NCBI GenBank assembly: GCA_903858325.1
Contig: CAIOIJ010000049.1
Coordinates: 1 to 58,002 of the forward strand
Reading direction: 5' to 3'
Length of the DNA stretch: 58,002 bases
Origin: an uncultured Actinomycetes bacterium
GTDB lineage: Bacteria > Actinomycetota > Actinomycetes > Nanopelagicales > Nanopelagicaceae
Part shown: one piece after another, positions 1-9,982 of the stretch
Layout of the letters: every line of letters begins with the position of its first letter
Numbering within the stretch: position 1 is the stretch's first letter
Notes under the pieces: model-generated
Told to the model about the DNA's origin: nothing
Seen by the model: the letters and a program-made list of their open reading frames with translations, nothing else
Databases searched by the model: none
Translations under genes and position numbers: made by a program

Positions 1-697
1 CTCCCGGACCTGCAACAAATACACGCACATCGGGTGCAAAGCGCGCAATGATTGGGAGGGCTTCCAATAGAACTGCAAGACCTTTGCGTGGCTCTTCAAA
101 TCTGCCAATAAATCCAATCGTGTTGCCTTGCCACTTTGCTTGTTGCGTTCCGTTTGCATATTTCTTCGCGTAAATTCCATTGGGAATAACTACTGCATCA
201 GTTTCCAAATGTTCTGTCAACGTTGCGCGAGCAGCTTCGCTGACCGCAATGCGTGCATTGAGTTTCTCGATTGCAGGTTCCAGAATTGGTCCGATAGCAA
301 AAATAATTTTTTGTCGCTTCGCTGCTGCGTGGAAAGTTCCTACGAGTGGACCCTCTGCAGCCCAACATGCAAGAAGGGATAGTGAAGGAATTGCAGGTTC
401 ATGAAGATGCAGTAAATCGAATTCGCCTTGTGTAATCCATTGACGCACGCGGGCAAAAGCGATTGGACCAAAAAGAACGCGAGCAACTGCGCCGTTATAA
501 GGGATTGCGATTGGTTTTCCTGCATTGACTACATAATCGGGAAGTGCATCCTCATCTATTGCGGGAGCCAAAACCGAGACGGAATGCCCCGATGCAATCA
601 AGAATTCGGCTAGATCTCGGATATGTGCTTGCACTCCCCCGGGTGTATCCCAACTGTATGGACAAACTATTCCAATTTTTAGTTTCTGAGTAAGCAT
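1..697 (-). CDS. pimA: Phosphatidyl-myo-inositol alpha-mannosyltransferase (GT4), runs off window start
   Basis: Manual translation from ATG at 697: MLTQKLKIGIVCPYSWDTPGGVQAH; also contains GRFEEPRKG; start overlaps the patA stop (TAATG); pgsA-patA-pimA synteny. Missing from the ORF track because it is truncated. Confidence 0.93.
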   Translation of the reverse strand, partial: MLTQKLKIGIVCPYSWDTPGGVQAHIRDLAEFLIASGHSVSVLAPAIDEDALPDYVVNAGKPIAIPYNGAVARVLFGPIAFARVRQWITQGEFDLLHLHEPAIPSLSLLACWAAEGPLVGTFHAAAKRQKIIFAIGPILEPAIEKLNARIAVSEAARATLTEHLETDAVVIPNGIYAKKYANGTQQAKWQGNTIGFIGRFEEPRKGLAVLLEALPIIARFAPDVRVFVAGPG

Positions 698-1584
698 TAT
701 TCGCGCTCCTCAAAATCGCCATCAATCCAAATTCGTTGCATCATGTGCCAATCCTGCGGAAAGCGTGCAATTCCTTGTGCAAAAAGATTAGCGCTCATCT
801 GAACTGTTGCGGCAACGCGTTCGCTTTCACTGCCTACGGAAGAAATAGGAACAAGTTCAAAATCAATATGAATTCCATTGTCGGTATAAGAAATACAAGC
901 ATAAATAAGTGGAACACCAGAGCGAATAGCTAGCAGTGCAGGTCCTGCGGGCATGCGTGCAGGTGCGCCAAAGAAAGTAACGTTGATACCAGAGCGCGAA
1001 AGATCGCGATCTGCCGCAAGTGCAACTACACCCCCTTGCCGAACTCTTTGCAGCAGTGTTGGAATCACACGTCCATCTATTGGGAGTGATTCCATTCCAA
1101 AAGCTTCTCGATAAGCCATAAATTTCTTGAAGAGCGCTTCTGGTTTCAGTCTTTCAGCAACTGTGACTATACGAGCCCCTTTGCTACAAAAATATGCTGC
1201 TGCATGATCGTAATTACCCGCATGTGGAAGCGTGACTACTGCACCGGTATTTGCCGCAATAGCATCGAGCAAAATGTGTTCATCAGTGGTTGTAACACTC
1301 TTTTGAATTCGCTCAATAGACCAATCAGGTAAGCGAAAAGTGTCACACCAATATCTGGCACTTGAACGCATTGCTTTGTAGAGCAGTAATTCCAAATCCA
1401 ATTCTGTAATGCCATTTTGTGTGCGTGCTAAATTCGAACGTAACCTCTGGACACTCTTGCCATTCTTCTTAGTTGCATAATCTGCCAAACGGTAAGCATT
1501 GCTATACACAAAATTTTCTGGCAACCACCGCAAAATTCGCCATGCAGCAAAATAGAACCACGCGGTTATTCTCTGGCTCATCAT
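697..1584 (-). CDS. patA: Phosphatidylinositol mannoside acyltransferase (lipid A acyltransferase family)
   Basis: LPHAGNYD, VAERLKPE, ADRDLSRSG, PQDWHMMQRIW motifs; start placed at the ATG overlapping the pgsA stop (ATGA). Confidence 0.9.
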   Translation of the reverse strand: MMSQRITAWFYFAAWRILRWLPENFVYSNAYRLADYATKKNGKSVQRLRSNLARTQNGITELDLELLLYKAMRSSARYWCDTFRLPDWSIERIQKSVTTTDEHILLDAIAANTGAVVTLPHAGNYDHAAAYFCSKGARIVTVAERLKPEALFKKFMAYREAFGMESLPIDGRVIPTLLQRVRQGGVVALAADRDLSRSGINVTFFGAPARMPAGPALLAIRSGVPLIYACISYTDNGIHIDFELVPISSVGSESERVAATVQMSANLFAQGIARFPQDWHMMQRIWIDGDFEERE

Positions 1585-2177
1585 TGGCTGGCGCGCCATA
1601 CAATCAAAATTCTCTGCATCACTGTCACAAAACCAAGTATTGCTAATATCCACATTCCACCAGCTAATACATATGGAATTCCTAAACCATCAAAACCAAT
1701 GGCGGTCAGTGCGAGGATTAATCTCTCAGTGCGTTCGGCTATTCCACCTGAACAATCAATGCCCATGGATTCGGCGCGAGCTCGTATATATGGCACCAAC
1801 ATTCCCGTCACTAATGTGGCGAGGATGATGGGAACAAGTGGATCATTTCTATCTAAAAGAAAAAGTGTGACTCCGATGAGAACCGAGGAATCCGTAATGC
1901 GATCAATGGTGGAATCTAGGAATCCACCCCACTTGCTACTTCCGACTTGAGAGATGCGTGCCATCGTGCCATCGAAAAGATCACTGAGTGCAAATATGCA
2001 GATAATGATTGTGCCCCAGAAAAAATTGCCACGGGGATAGAAATAAAAGGATGATGCGACAACGCCGATAGCGCCTGCCCATGTAACTCCATTGGGTGTA
2101 ATCCCGATACGCAAGGCAGTGGATGCGATAGGCGTAATCACCTTCGTCACTGCGGGTTTGAGAATTGCGCTAATCAT
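1581..2177 (-). CDS. pgsA: Phosphatidylinositol phosphate synthase (CDP-alcohol phosphatidyltransferase)
   Basis: DLFDGTMAR...GGFLDSTIDRITD signature; leaderless ATG at 2177 after a TACGAT -10. Confidence 0.93.
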   Translation of the reverse strand: MISAILKPAVTKVITPIASTALRIGITPNGVTWAGAIGVVASSFYFYPRGNFFWGTIIICIFALSDLFDGTMARISQVGSSKWGGFLDSTIDRITDSSVLIGVTLFLLDRNDPLVPIILATLVTGMLVPYIRARAESMGIDCSGGIAERTERLILALTAIGFDGLGIPYVLAGGMWILAILGFVTVMQRILIVWRASQ

Positions 2178-2201
2178 CGAGACCCATCGTAGGCTGAGCG
2201 C

Positions 2202-2804
2202 GTGCCAACTCCTAGTTCTCGCGTGAGAATCCATATCTATGGTCACGAAAGCGGCGACCCGCATGCGGTCGCGCATTTCTTTGGCGCCAGCGTGAGTGCC
2301 GTTGCCAATCCCGAATCAGAATTAGCAATCTTTGTCATCGATCCTTCGGCAGGCATATCCCCCGAAACCATTTCGCTATGGCAAGAATTGGATGATTATC
2401 AAATTCCTCGCATGGTTGTTGTGACACATCTAGAGAATCAGATCGCAGATTTTGATGATGCAGTCATGCTTGCAACTCGAGTCTTTGATCAAATTGTTAC
2501 CCCATATTTAGTATTACATGACGATGCTGGTTTACCGTGTGCGCTCATCAGTTTAGAAACACACGAAATCACCGACTACACACATAAAGAGCACACAGTA
2601 AGTATGAGTACCGAAGAACATCAAACTTTAGTAAGTGAATTCAGGAGCGAGTATCTGGAACAAATCGAGGCAGCTGGCCCCGATGCATTCGTAGCTGGCT
2701 TGCTCTTCCCTGCAATTCCTTTATGGATTGAAAGAGAACTTGGCGTAAATATCATCGCGAAATATATTCAAGATATCGAACAGGCTCTACCAAGCAGCAG
2801 CTAG
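2202..2804 (+). CDS. Truncated EF-G-like (EF-G2) G-domain-derived protein, no P-loop
   Basis: LAIFVIDPSAGISPETISLWQ...IPRMVVVTHLENQIADFD resembles the EF-G G domain; divergent between pgsA and HIT where actinobacterial EF-G2 lies; TAGGCT -10 just upstream of GTG. Confidence 0.6.
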   Translation: MPTPSSRVRIHIYGHESGDPHAVAHFFGASVSAVANPESELAIFVIDPSAGISPETISLWQELDDYQIPRMVVVTHLENQIADFDDAVMLATRVFDQIVTPYLVLHDDAGLPCALISLETHEITDYTHKEHTVSMSTEEHQTLVSEFRSEYLEQIEAAGPDAFVAGLLFPAIPLWIERELGVNIIAKYIQDIEQALPSSS

Positions 2805-3308
2805 ATCATCCCTGGTTTGTGATAAAAGTTGTGGCATTACTTTTGTCTTTCCGATAATTGGCATGAAATTTGCATCGCCACCCCAGCGCGGAACTACATG
2901 TTGGTGAATATGGTCGGCAACTCCTGCACCAGAAATTGCGCCTTGATTCATTCCAAGGTTGAAACCATGCGCACCTGATACTTTTCGAATTGTTGTCATG
3001 GCATGCGCAGTAAAAGCGCTCATCTCATTGCGTTCTATCTCAGTGAGATCGGTTAAATCTGCAACATGGCGAAAAGCACAGATTAGAAGATGTCCTGGGT
3101 TATAGGGATAGAGATTCATAACCGCGTAGACGTGTGAACCACGCGCAACTATCAAACCTTCTTCATCGCTAAGTTTTGGAATTCTGCAGAATGGACATTC
3201 AACATCATTGCCATCGAGTGGTCTGTTTTCTCCGCGCAAATAATCTAAACGATGAGGTGCCCATAGCCGTTGCCATCCATCAGGCATTCCAACGCCATCA
3301 TTACTCAT
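2787..3308 (-). CDS. HIT family protein (Ap4A phosphorylase/hydrolase-like)
   Basis: RLWAPHR, CPFC, NLYPYNPGH, HIHQHVVPRW; directly downstream of thrS. Confidence 0.9.
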   Translation of the reverse strand: MSNDGVGMPDGWQRLWAPHRLDYLRGENRPLDGNDVECPFCRIPKLSDEEGLIVARGSHVYAVMNLYPYNPGHLLICAFRHVADLTDLTEIERNEMSAFTAHAMTTIRKVSGAHGFNLGMNQGAISGAGVADHIHQHVVPRWGGDANFMPIIGKTKVMPQLLSQTRDDLAAAW

Positions 3309-3310
3309 TT

Positions 3311-5299
3311 TCAAACCTGGATTCGCTCTTGCACCGCTTTTTGAATTTCAAGAATGGCTTGAGCAACAGGTATTCCATTCTTCTGCTCGCCATTGCGATA
3401 ACGGAATGAGACTGCGCCAGCCTTTTGATCTTCCTCACCGGCAATGACCATAAAAGGAATCTTCTGCATCTGCGCATTGCGCACTTTCTTCTGCATGCGA
3501 TCATCAGATGTATCAAGGTCTACGCGAATTCCTGCTGCGCGCATCTGCTTCATCACGCCATCCAAATAATCAGTGAATGATTCAGCAACTGGAATTCCAA
3601 TTGCTTGTACCGGTGCTAGCCATGGTGGGAATGCTCCTGAGTAGTGCTCTGTGAGAACGCCAAAGAATCTTTCAATTGAGCCAAAGAGTGCACGGTGAAT
3701 CATCACTGGGCGCTGACGTGAAGAATCATTAGCAACATATTCGAGTTCAAAACGTTGCGGCAATTGGAAATCAACTTGGATTGTAGACATCTGCCAGGTG
3801 CGACCGATTGCATCTTTTGCTTGTACGGAAATCTTTGGTCCGTAGAACGCTGCGCCACCTTCATCGAGAACTAGTTCCAAGTTTTGTTTAGTCGCTGCAC
3901 GACGAAGCGCTTCAGTTGCTTCGCTCCATTCGCCATCCTCGCCCACTGATTTTTCAGGATTGCGAGTAGAGAGTTCTAGATAGAAATCATTGAGTCCGTA
4001 ATCGCGTAGCAAATTCAAAACGAATGTAAGCAAAGAATCTAACTCGTCAGGCATCTGCTCTTTTGTGCAATAAATGTGCGCATCGTCTTGAGTAAAGCCA
4101 CGCGCGCGAGTTATTCCGTGCAAAACACCAGATTTTTCGTAACGGTAAACTGTTCCGAATTCAAAGAGTCGAAGCGGTAGTTCGCGATATGAACGTTGGC
4201 GAGATCTGTAAATCAAATTATGGAAAGGGCAATTCATTGGCTTCATGTAGTACTGCTGACCAGCGCGCTTGATAGTACCGTCGGCATGATGCTCTTCATC
4301 CAAAATCATTGGTGGGTACATCCCTTCGGAGTACCAATCCAAGTGCCCTGAAGTTTCGAATAGAGCTGCTTTAGTTATGTGAGGTGAGTAAACAAATTCA
4401 TAACCTTCATCTTCGTGGCGCTTGCGCGAATAATCTTCCATCGCACGACGAACGATTCCACCCTTAGGGTGAAATACCGCAAGACCCGAACCGATCTCTT
4501 CAGGAAATGAAAAGAGATCCAACTCTGTTCCTAAACGGCGATGATCACGCTTTTCGGCTTCAGCTAATAGCTCAAGGTATGCATTGAGTTCATCTTGTGA
4601 TGGCCATGCAGTTCCATAAATACGTTGCAACATTGGATTCTTTTCAGAACCACGCCAATACGCGCCAGCACTTCGCATAAGTTTGAATGCAGGAATATGT
4701 TTTGTTGAAGGCAAGTGCGGACCACGACATAAATCGCTCCACACAGGTTGCCCGTCACGACCTAAGTTGTCGTAAATAGTGAGTTCGCTTCCACCAACTT
4801 CAACACTTGCTTCATCGCCAGCGCCAGATTTCAATGCGATGAGTTCGCACTTGTAAGGCTCGGCTTTGAGCTCTTCTAACGCATCCTTTTCATTTGTAAC
4901 ACGACGTTTGAAACGCTGACCTTCTTTAACAATCTTGCGCATTGCGCTTTCAATCTTTTCCAAATCATCAGGATTGAAAGGTTTCTGCGGATCGAAGTCA
5001 TAGTAAAAACCATCGGTAATTGGTGGACCGATTCCAAGTTTTGTATCAGCAAAAACATTCTGTACAGCTTGTGCCATCACGTGCGCAGTTGAGTGGCGCA
5101 AAACTGACAAACCTTGAGGCGATGAAATCGAAATACCAACTACGACATCGCCTTCTGTGAGGTCGGTCCAAAGATCTTTGAGCTCGCCATTGATTGTGCA
5201 GACGACAATCTCTTTATTTTCGGCGAAGAGATGGGTCGGGCGTTGCTCAGAATCTATCGAGAGGGGTGCACCATCGACGGTGACTGATATCAATGCCAT
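3311..5299 (-). CDS. thrS: Threonine--tRNA ligase
   Basis: [50 protein letters not shown]. Confidence 0.98.
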   Translation of the reverse strand: MALISVTVDGAPLSIDSEQRPTHLFAENKEIVVCTINGELKDLWTDLTEGDVVVGISISSPQGLSVLRHSTAHVMAQAVQNVFADTKLGIGPPITDGFYYDFDPQKPFNPDDLEKIESAMRKIVKEGQRFKRRVTNEKDALEELKAEPYKCELIALKSGAGDEASVEVGGSELTIYDNLGRDGQPVWSDLCRGPHLPSTKHIPAFKLMRSAGAYWRGSEKNPMLQRIYGTAWPSQDELNAYLELLAEAEKRDHRRLGTELDLFSFPEEIGSGLAVFHPKGGIVRRAMEDYSRKRHEDEGYEFVYSPHITKAALFETSGHLDWYSEGMYPPMILDEEHHADGTIKRAGQQYYMKPMNCPFHNLIYRSRQRSYRELPLRLFEFGTVYRYEKSGVLHGITRARGFTQDDAHIYCTKEQMPDELDSLLTFVLNLLRDYGLNDFYLELSTRNPEKSVGEDGEWSEATEALRRAATKQNLELVLDEGGAAFYGPKISVQAKDAIGRTWQMSTIQVDFQLPQRFELEYVANDSSRQRPVMIHRALFGSIERFFGVLTEHYSGAFPPWLAPVQAIGIPVAESFTDYLDGVMKQMRAAGIRVDLDTSDDRMQKKVRNAQMQKIPFMVIAGEEDQKAGAVSFRYRNGEQKNGIPVAQAILEIQKAVQERIQV

Positions 5300-5366
5300 G
5301 TGCCTAACCTATCGAATGAGCGCACTTTGGCGCTTATGGCCATCCTGCGATAGATTTCACTTCCTC

Positions 5367-5439
5367 GCGGACGTAGCGCAGTTGGTAGCGCGGAACCTTG
5401 CCAAGGTTCAGGTCGCCGGTTCGAACCCGGTCGTCCGCT
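5367..5439 (+). tRNA. tRNA-Gly (GCC)
   Basis: GCGGACG/CGTCCGC acceptor stem, anticodon loop TTGCCAA, GGTTCGAACCC T-arm; CCA not encoded. Confidence 0.96.
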
Positions 5440-5500
5440 CTGAATAAGCGCCGCTGTACCCGATATGAATTTCATGTCGAGACAGTGGCGCTCTTTCTAT

Positions 5501-5571
5501 GGTCGGGTGGCCGAGAGGCGAGGCTCAGGACTGCAAATCCTGCTACACGGGTTCAAATCCCGTCCCGACCT
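5501..5571 (+). tRNA. tRNA-Cys (GCA)
   Basis: GGTCGGG/CCCGACC acceptor stem, CAGGA-CTGCAAA-TCCTG anticodon arm, GGTTCAAATCC T-arm. Confidence 0.96.
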
Positions 5572-5608
5572 CTCGTAAGAAAACGACACAAGAAATTGTG
5601 AGGGTGCA

Positions 5609-5953
5609 ATGGAGCTAGAGAAATCAGAGCGACCTTGGGGTCGTTATGAAGTTCTGCAAGAAGGTGCACACCACAAAACAAAATGCATCTGGGTTTATCC
5701 GGGTAAACGACTTTCATATCAACGCCATCAAAAGCGCGCGGAACATTGGTTCATTGTTTCTGGAAATGCGGAAATAACTTTGAATGGAAAAGTTTCACAA
5801 CACGGTGCAGGCGATTCAGTAACAATTGGTATTGGCGATCTGCATCGCATTGGAAATATCGGCAGCGACGATGTTGTCTTTATTGAAGTGCAAACCGGAA
5901 CATACTTCGGAGAAGATGATATTGAGCGTATCGAGGACGATTTCGGACGCTAA
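5609..5953 (+). CDS. Cupin, phosphomannose isomerase type II C-terminal domain protein
   Basis: RPWGRY, LSYQRHQKRAEHW, HRIGN, IEVQTGTYFGEDDIERIEDDFGR. Confidence 0.9.
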   Translation: MELEKSERPWGRYEVLQEGAHHKTKCIWVYPGKRLSYQRHQKRAEHWFIVSGNAEITLNGKVSQHGAGDSVTIGIGDLHRIGNIGSDDVVFIEVQTGTYFGEDDIERIEDDFGR

Positions 5954-5992
5954 ATAAATAGAAATAACGTGGGGTATGATTTCCCACAGCAA

Positions 5993-6064
5993 GGATCGTT
6001 GGCTCAGCGGTAGAGCACCACATTGACATTGTGGGGGTCACTGGTTCGATCCCAGTACGGTCCA
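5993..6064 (+). tRNA. tRNA-Val (GAC)
   Basis: GGATCGT/ACGGTCC acceptor stem, CCACA-TTGACAT-TGTGG anticodon arm, GGTTCGATCCC T-arm; own TATGAT -10 upstream. Confidence 0.96.
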
Positions 6065-6090
6065 CTTAGAAATAATTCAAATCTATTTAT

Positions 6091-7401
6091 TTAGCCAGTT
6101 ACCGCCTTGAAACCTAATTCGAGGTCGCTTTTGATATCTTCAAAATCTTCGATACCTATACTCAATCGAATCATTCCTGGCGTAATTCCTGCTTTCAACA
6201 AACCCTGTGCGCCTAACTGCGAATGTGTTGTTGAAGCGGGATGAATTACTAGAGAACGTACATCGCCAATATTTGCTACATGGCTAAACATCTTTAGCCC
6301 TTCAACAAATTTCTTGCCTGCTTCTAATCCACCTTTGATATCAAAAGACATCACCGCTCCGCCACCTTTAGGTGCATATTTCAATTGATTCGCATGCCAC
6401 TTTGATGAGGGCAAACCTCCATACGCAACCGATGAAACTTGTGGATGACCCGATAACCATTCTGCAATTTTTTGGGAATTTTCAAGGTGACTACGCATGC
6501 GCATACTCAATGTTTCTAATCCTTGCGCCAAAATCCAAGCATTGAACGGGGTCACTGATGAACCAAAATCACGTAGCAACTGAACGCGACATTTGATGAT
6601 GAAAGCTAAGTTGCCAAATTGCGAACCAACTCCAAAATCACGTGCGTATACGAGTTCGTTGTAACTTGGATCTGGCTGATTGAAACCTGGAAATTTATTT
6701 GGCTCTTTTGCATAATCAAAGTTTCCGGAATCAATAATTGCACCCACCATTGCGCTGCCATGTCCTGACAAGTATTTCGTTGCCGCATGAGTAACAACGT
6801 CGACTCCATAATCGATCGGCTTAGTTACATATGGTGTGGCAATTGTGTTATCTAATATCCAAGGAACTCCTGCATCGTGGGCGATATCTGCAATCCCCTC
6901 AATATCGAGTACAACTCCCAAGGGATTAGAGATTCCCTCGCCAAAAAAAGCCTTTGTATTAGGTCTGATTGCCGCTTTCCATGCATCTAGATTGTTTGAG
7001 TCCTCAACGAAAGTTGTTTCAACTCCCCACTTAGGTAATGTGAAGTTGAGGAGGTTATAAATTCCGCCATAAACATTGCGGCTTGCAACTATATGGTCAC
7101 CTTGCTCTGCAACATTCATGAGCGCCATAGCAGTGGCGGCCATTCCTGAGGAGAAAAGTAATGAGCCAACTCCACCTTCTAGGGTCGTTAATCTATTTTC
7201 GACAGCTTCTTGAGTTGGATTAGAAATTCTTGTATAGGAATGGCCAAACTCAGTGAGTGCGAATAAACCCGCGGCATGGTCTGTGTCTCTGAATTGATAT
7301 GCAGTGGTCTGATAAATAGGAAGTGAAATGGCGCCAGTTGCTGAATCTGGATCTTGACCTGCATGTATTTGGTTAGTTGAAAAAGACCATTCTTGAGACA
7401 T
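6091..7401 (-). CDS. metY: O-acetylhomoserine aminocarboxypropyltransferase / sulfhydrylase (PLP)
   Basis: PIYQTTAY, YTRISNPT, SSGMAA, HAATKYLSGH, ANIGDVRSLVIHPASTTHSQL; GGAGG Shine-Dalgarno before ATG 7401. Confidence 0.9.
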   Translation of the reverse strand: MSQEWSFSTNQIHAGQDPDSATGAISLPIYQTTAYQFRDTDHAAGLFALTEFGHSYTRISNPTQEAVENRLTTLEGGVGSLLFSSGMAATAMALMNVAEQGDHIVASRNVYGGIYNLLNFTLPKWGVETTFVEDSNNLDAWKAAIRPNTKAFFGEGISNPLGVVLDIEGIADIAHDAGVPWILDNTIATPYVTKPIDYGVDVVTHAATKYLSGHGSAMVGAIIDSGNFDYAKEPNKFPGFNQPDPSYNELVYARDFGVGSQFGNLAFIIKCRVQLLRDFGSSVTPFNAWILAQGLETLSMRMRSHLENSQKIAEWLSGHPQVSSVAYGGLPSSKWHANQLKYAPKGGGAVMSFDIKGGLEAGKKFVEGLKMFSHVANIGDVRSLVIHPASTTHSQLGAQGLLKAGITPGMIRLSIGIEDFEDIKSDLELGFKAVTG

Positions 7402-7465
7402 TGAAACCTCCACGTTGAGTTCTCACCACCATAGACCTTTATTTATGCAAAAGGTAGATGCGGCG

Positions 7466-8440
7466 CTAACTCGCTTGTAGAAAAGTCTTCACTCGGCGAA
7501 GTGTCTCTTCTAAATATGTTGGAATCATCGCTTGATGCTCTTGATTGCTTGTTTCGTAGAGATAGTTGAGCAACATTAATCTGCGATGGAGCAGCAACAT
7601 GTCTAAGTCGCCTTGCGTGTGCGCAGGTAATGCAATGACGGATTTATAGCCACTTAGCAATGCTTCATCTTGTTCTGGTGTATCGAGATAGTACAAAGCC
7701 GTAGCAATATCTTGGATGGGTAAACCGATCCCGCAATCATCAAAATCAAAAATTGAGAGTTGACCTTGGTGCCACATCATGTTCCAGCCATGTAAATCTG
7801 CATGAATTACTTGAGGCGTACTAGCGACGTACAAAGCATTCGTTTGAGTGATAATTCTTGCAAATGCAGCCGCAATCAATTCTTTATCAACTAATGTTAG
7901 TTTGCTTGTATCACTGAGTAATAAGTCTTCTGTCTCCCAAAATGGATCTTGAAAAGATGGCAATTGCGAATCTGTAGGTAAGACAAAATCTTTCGATGAG
8001 ATATGCAACTTTGCCATTGTTTGCCCGAGAACAAACAACTGTTCTGTAGTTGGTTCATCTCCTACTTCTTCGCCCTCTAACCATGAATAGAGGATGCAAT
8101 GAAGTTCTCTACCGCTTTGCGGATGCAAGAGGCTAGTTATGTACTCTCCAACTAAATTGGCGATAGGTAGCGCGGTATGTATTCCTTCTATAGTGATCAG
8201 GTTTCTAACCCAGGCAACTTCAGCCCGAATATTCTGCGCGCTTCGAGGTGAGTTGATATTGATTCGTAGCGCAAAGTTTTGCGCATTTACATCAGTTACT
8301 TTGAAGGTTGCGTTGTATTCATAGTTGATGGATTCAATGGCCTCTACTTGTAACTTGTACTTACCTAATACAAGATGAGCAAATTCGCTCAGTCGGGCAA
8401 TCTGCTCATTTTCTGGCATTGCGAAGAAGTCTGCGCTCAT
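7466..8440 (-). CDS. Phosphotransferase, APH / type II homoserine kinase family
   Basis: NATFKV, ALRI, IHADLHGWN and FDFDDCG kinase motifs; leaderless ATG 8440 after TATTAT. Confidence 0.82.
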   Translation of the reverse strand: MSADFFAMPENEQIARLSEFAHLVLGKYKLQVEAIESINYEYNATFKVTDVNAQNFALRININSPRSAQNIRAEVAWVRNLITIEGIHTALPIANLVGEYITSLLHPQSGRELHCILYSWLEGEEVGDEPTTEQLFVLGQTMAKLHISSKDFVLPTDSQLPSFQDPFWETEDLLLSDTSKLTLVDKELIAAAFARIITQTNALYVASTPQVIHADLHGWNMMWHQGQLSIFDFDDCGIGLPIQDIATALYYLDTPEQDEALLSGYKSVIALPAHTQGDLDMLLLHRRLMLLNYLYETSNQEHQAMIPTYLEETLRRVKTFLQAS

Positions 8441-8479
8441 CGCGTGATAATAATCGACTCCTTCGGGTATCGTGCGCAA

Positions 8480-9082
8480 GTGATTGCTTTCATCCCAGGA
8501 TTACTAGCGGGCTTATCGCTGATCATTGCTATCGGTGCACAAAATGCATTTGTCATAAAGCAAGGACTGACAAAAGAGCATGTCTTTCTCACTGTTGCAA
8601 TCTGTAGCGCAGCCGATGCACTTCTTATTGCGCTGGGAGCAGCCGGGCTTGGTCGAATTCTTCAATCTCACCCAACACTGCTCGAAATTATTCGCTGGTT
8701 TGGTGTTATCTACTTGATTTGGTTTGGCATCAAGAGTGCGCGCGCAATCTTTCGCAATGAATCAATGCCGACTTCAACTGGTCAATCTCCTAATGCCAAG
8801 AAAGTCGCTACGACGATTCTTGGTTTTACTTTCCTGAATCCACACGTGTATCTCGACACTGTAATCTTGCTTGGAAGTATTTCTAATCAATTCAAGTCAG
8901 ATCGTTGGTTTTTCAGTTTCGGTGCCATGCTCGCAAGTCTTATCTGGTTTACATCAATTGGATATGGCGCAAAGGCGGCGGCGCGCTTCATGTCTAAACC
9001 CATATTTTGGAAGATCTTGGATTCCATAATCGCTTGCGTAATGTTTTCCATAGCCGGCTATTTAGCTTTTGCGCAGTTATGA
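8480..9082 (+). CDS. LysE/ArgO family amino acid exporter
   Basis: LIIAIGAQNAFV and TFLNPHVYLDTVILLGS signatures; GTG start at 8480. Confidence 0.9.
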   Translation: MIAFIPGLLAGLSLIIAIGAQNAFVIKQGLTKEHVFLTVAICSAADALLIALGAAGLGRILQSHPTLLEIIRWFGVIYLIWFGIKSARAIFRNESMPTSTGQSPNAKKVATTILGFTFLNPHVYLDTVILLGSISNQFKSDRWFFSFGAMLASLIWFTSIGYGAKAAARFMSKPIFWKILDSIIACVMFSIAGYLAFAQL

Positions 9083-9982
9083 AATCTTGACTGCGCGTCC
9101 CCCTAAATACCATTCTGTAAAATAGATATCACCATCAGGAGAAACTGTTATCCCGTGAGGGCTATTGAGCTCCCCCTGGCTCACATTGGGAGCCACTGAA
9201 TCTGCTCCTACAATGCGATTTGGCCAACCTTCACGGCCGTTGACATTAGATGTAGGAATCAATGCACTTACAACATCCTTTTCATCAACTTCCAAAATCG
9301 CTCCATACAAATCGGTAACGAAAAGCGAATTTCCACGTACTGCAATCGATGAAGGGCTTGTCAAAATTGGTGAAACAATACTGCGAATATATTCGCCCGT
9401 GTGAGTTAGGAAAACGATTCTCTTATTGCTTCGGTCTGCAACAACAATTGAGCCATTTGAATCTCGAGAATCAATTGCAACTCCGTGCGCGCAAGCAAAA
9501 GTAGTTCCGCTGGAAATGCCATCAAAGGATTCGATAGTGCCATTACTACGTATGACATGTACCAAACTCAAACCATAACCATCGCCAATCCAAATATCGC
9601 CGTTAGCGGCGAGTGCAACAGATGTCGGTCTCCACTTTCCCGCTTCATCCTTGTTTCGCAGTGGTTGTTCGATCCGACGAAGAATTTTTCCATCAAGGTC
9701 AATCTGAACAACTTGGCCCGGCGCTTGTGCACCTGGATCGCAAATCCAAATTGAGTCATCGTGAGCAACTGCAATTCCATGAGAAACGGCAACGTCGACA
9801 GTAATTCTTTCAACCGCGTGGCTACGTGGATCTACGAAAAGTAGCGCTGCTCCCCCTGGCGCTTCAAAGACAACTCGCCCATCGCGTAGCACTCCAATAC
9901 CAGAATGCATCCAGCCATCTTTGGAATCGCCATCGAAGAGCGTCTCCCACTGAATTGGCTTTGCTAATGCTTTCAATTCCAT
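9077..9982 (-). CDS. NHL-repeat beta-propeller, peptidyl-alpha-hydroxyglycine amidating lyase (PAL)-like
   Basis: Repeats SHGIAV / PTSVAL / AHGVAI / PHGITV; IWIGDGYG and VADRSNKRI motifs; no signal peptide. Confidence 0.75.
   Translation of the reverse strand: MELKALAKPIQWETLFDGDSKDGWMHSGIGVLRDGRVVFEAPGGAALLFVDPRSHAVERITVDVAVSHGIAVAHDDSIWICDPGAQAPGQVVQIDLDGKILRRIEQPLRNKDEAGKWRPTSVALAANGDIWIGDGYGLSLVHVIRSNGTIESFDGISSGTTFACAHGVAIDSRDSNGSIVVADRSNKRIVFLTHTGEYIRSIVSPILTSPSSIAVRGNSLFVTDLYGAILEVDEKDVVSALIPTSNVNGREGWPNRIVGADSVAPNVSQGELNSPHGITVSPDGDIYFTEWYLGGRAVKIS

Noticed and set aside
7402-7465. SAM riboswitch upstream of metY
   Set aside because: Only 64 nt are available and no SAM-I or SAM-IV core is recognisable.
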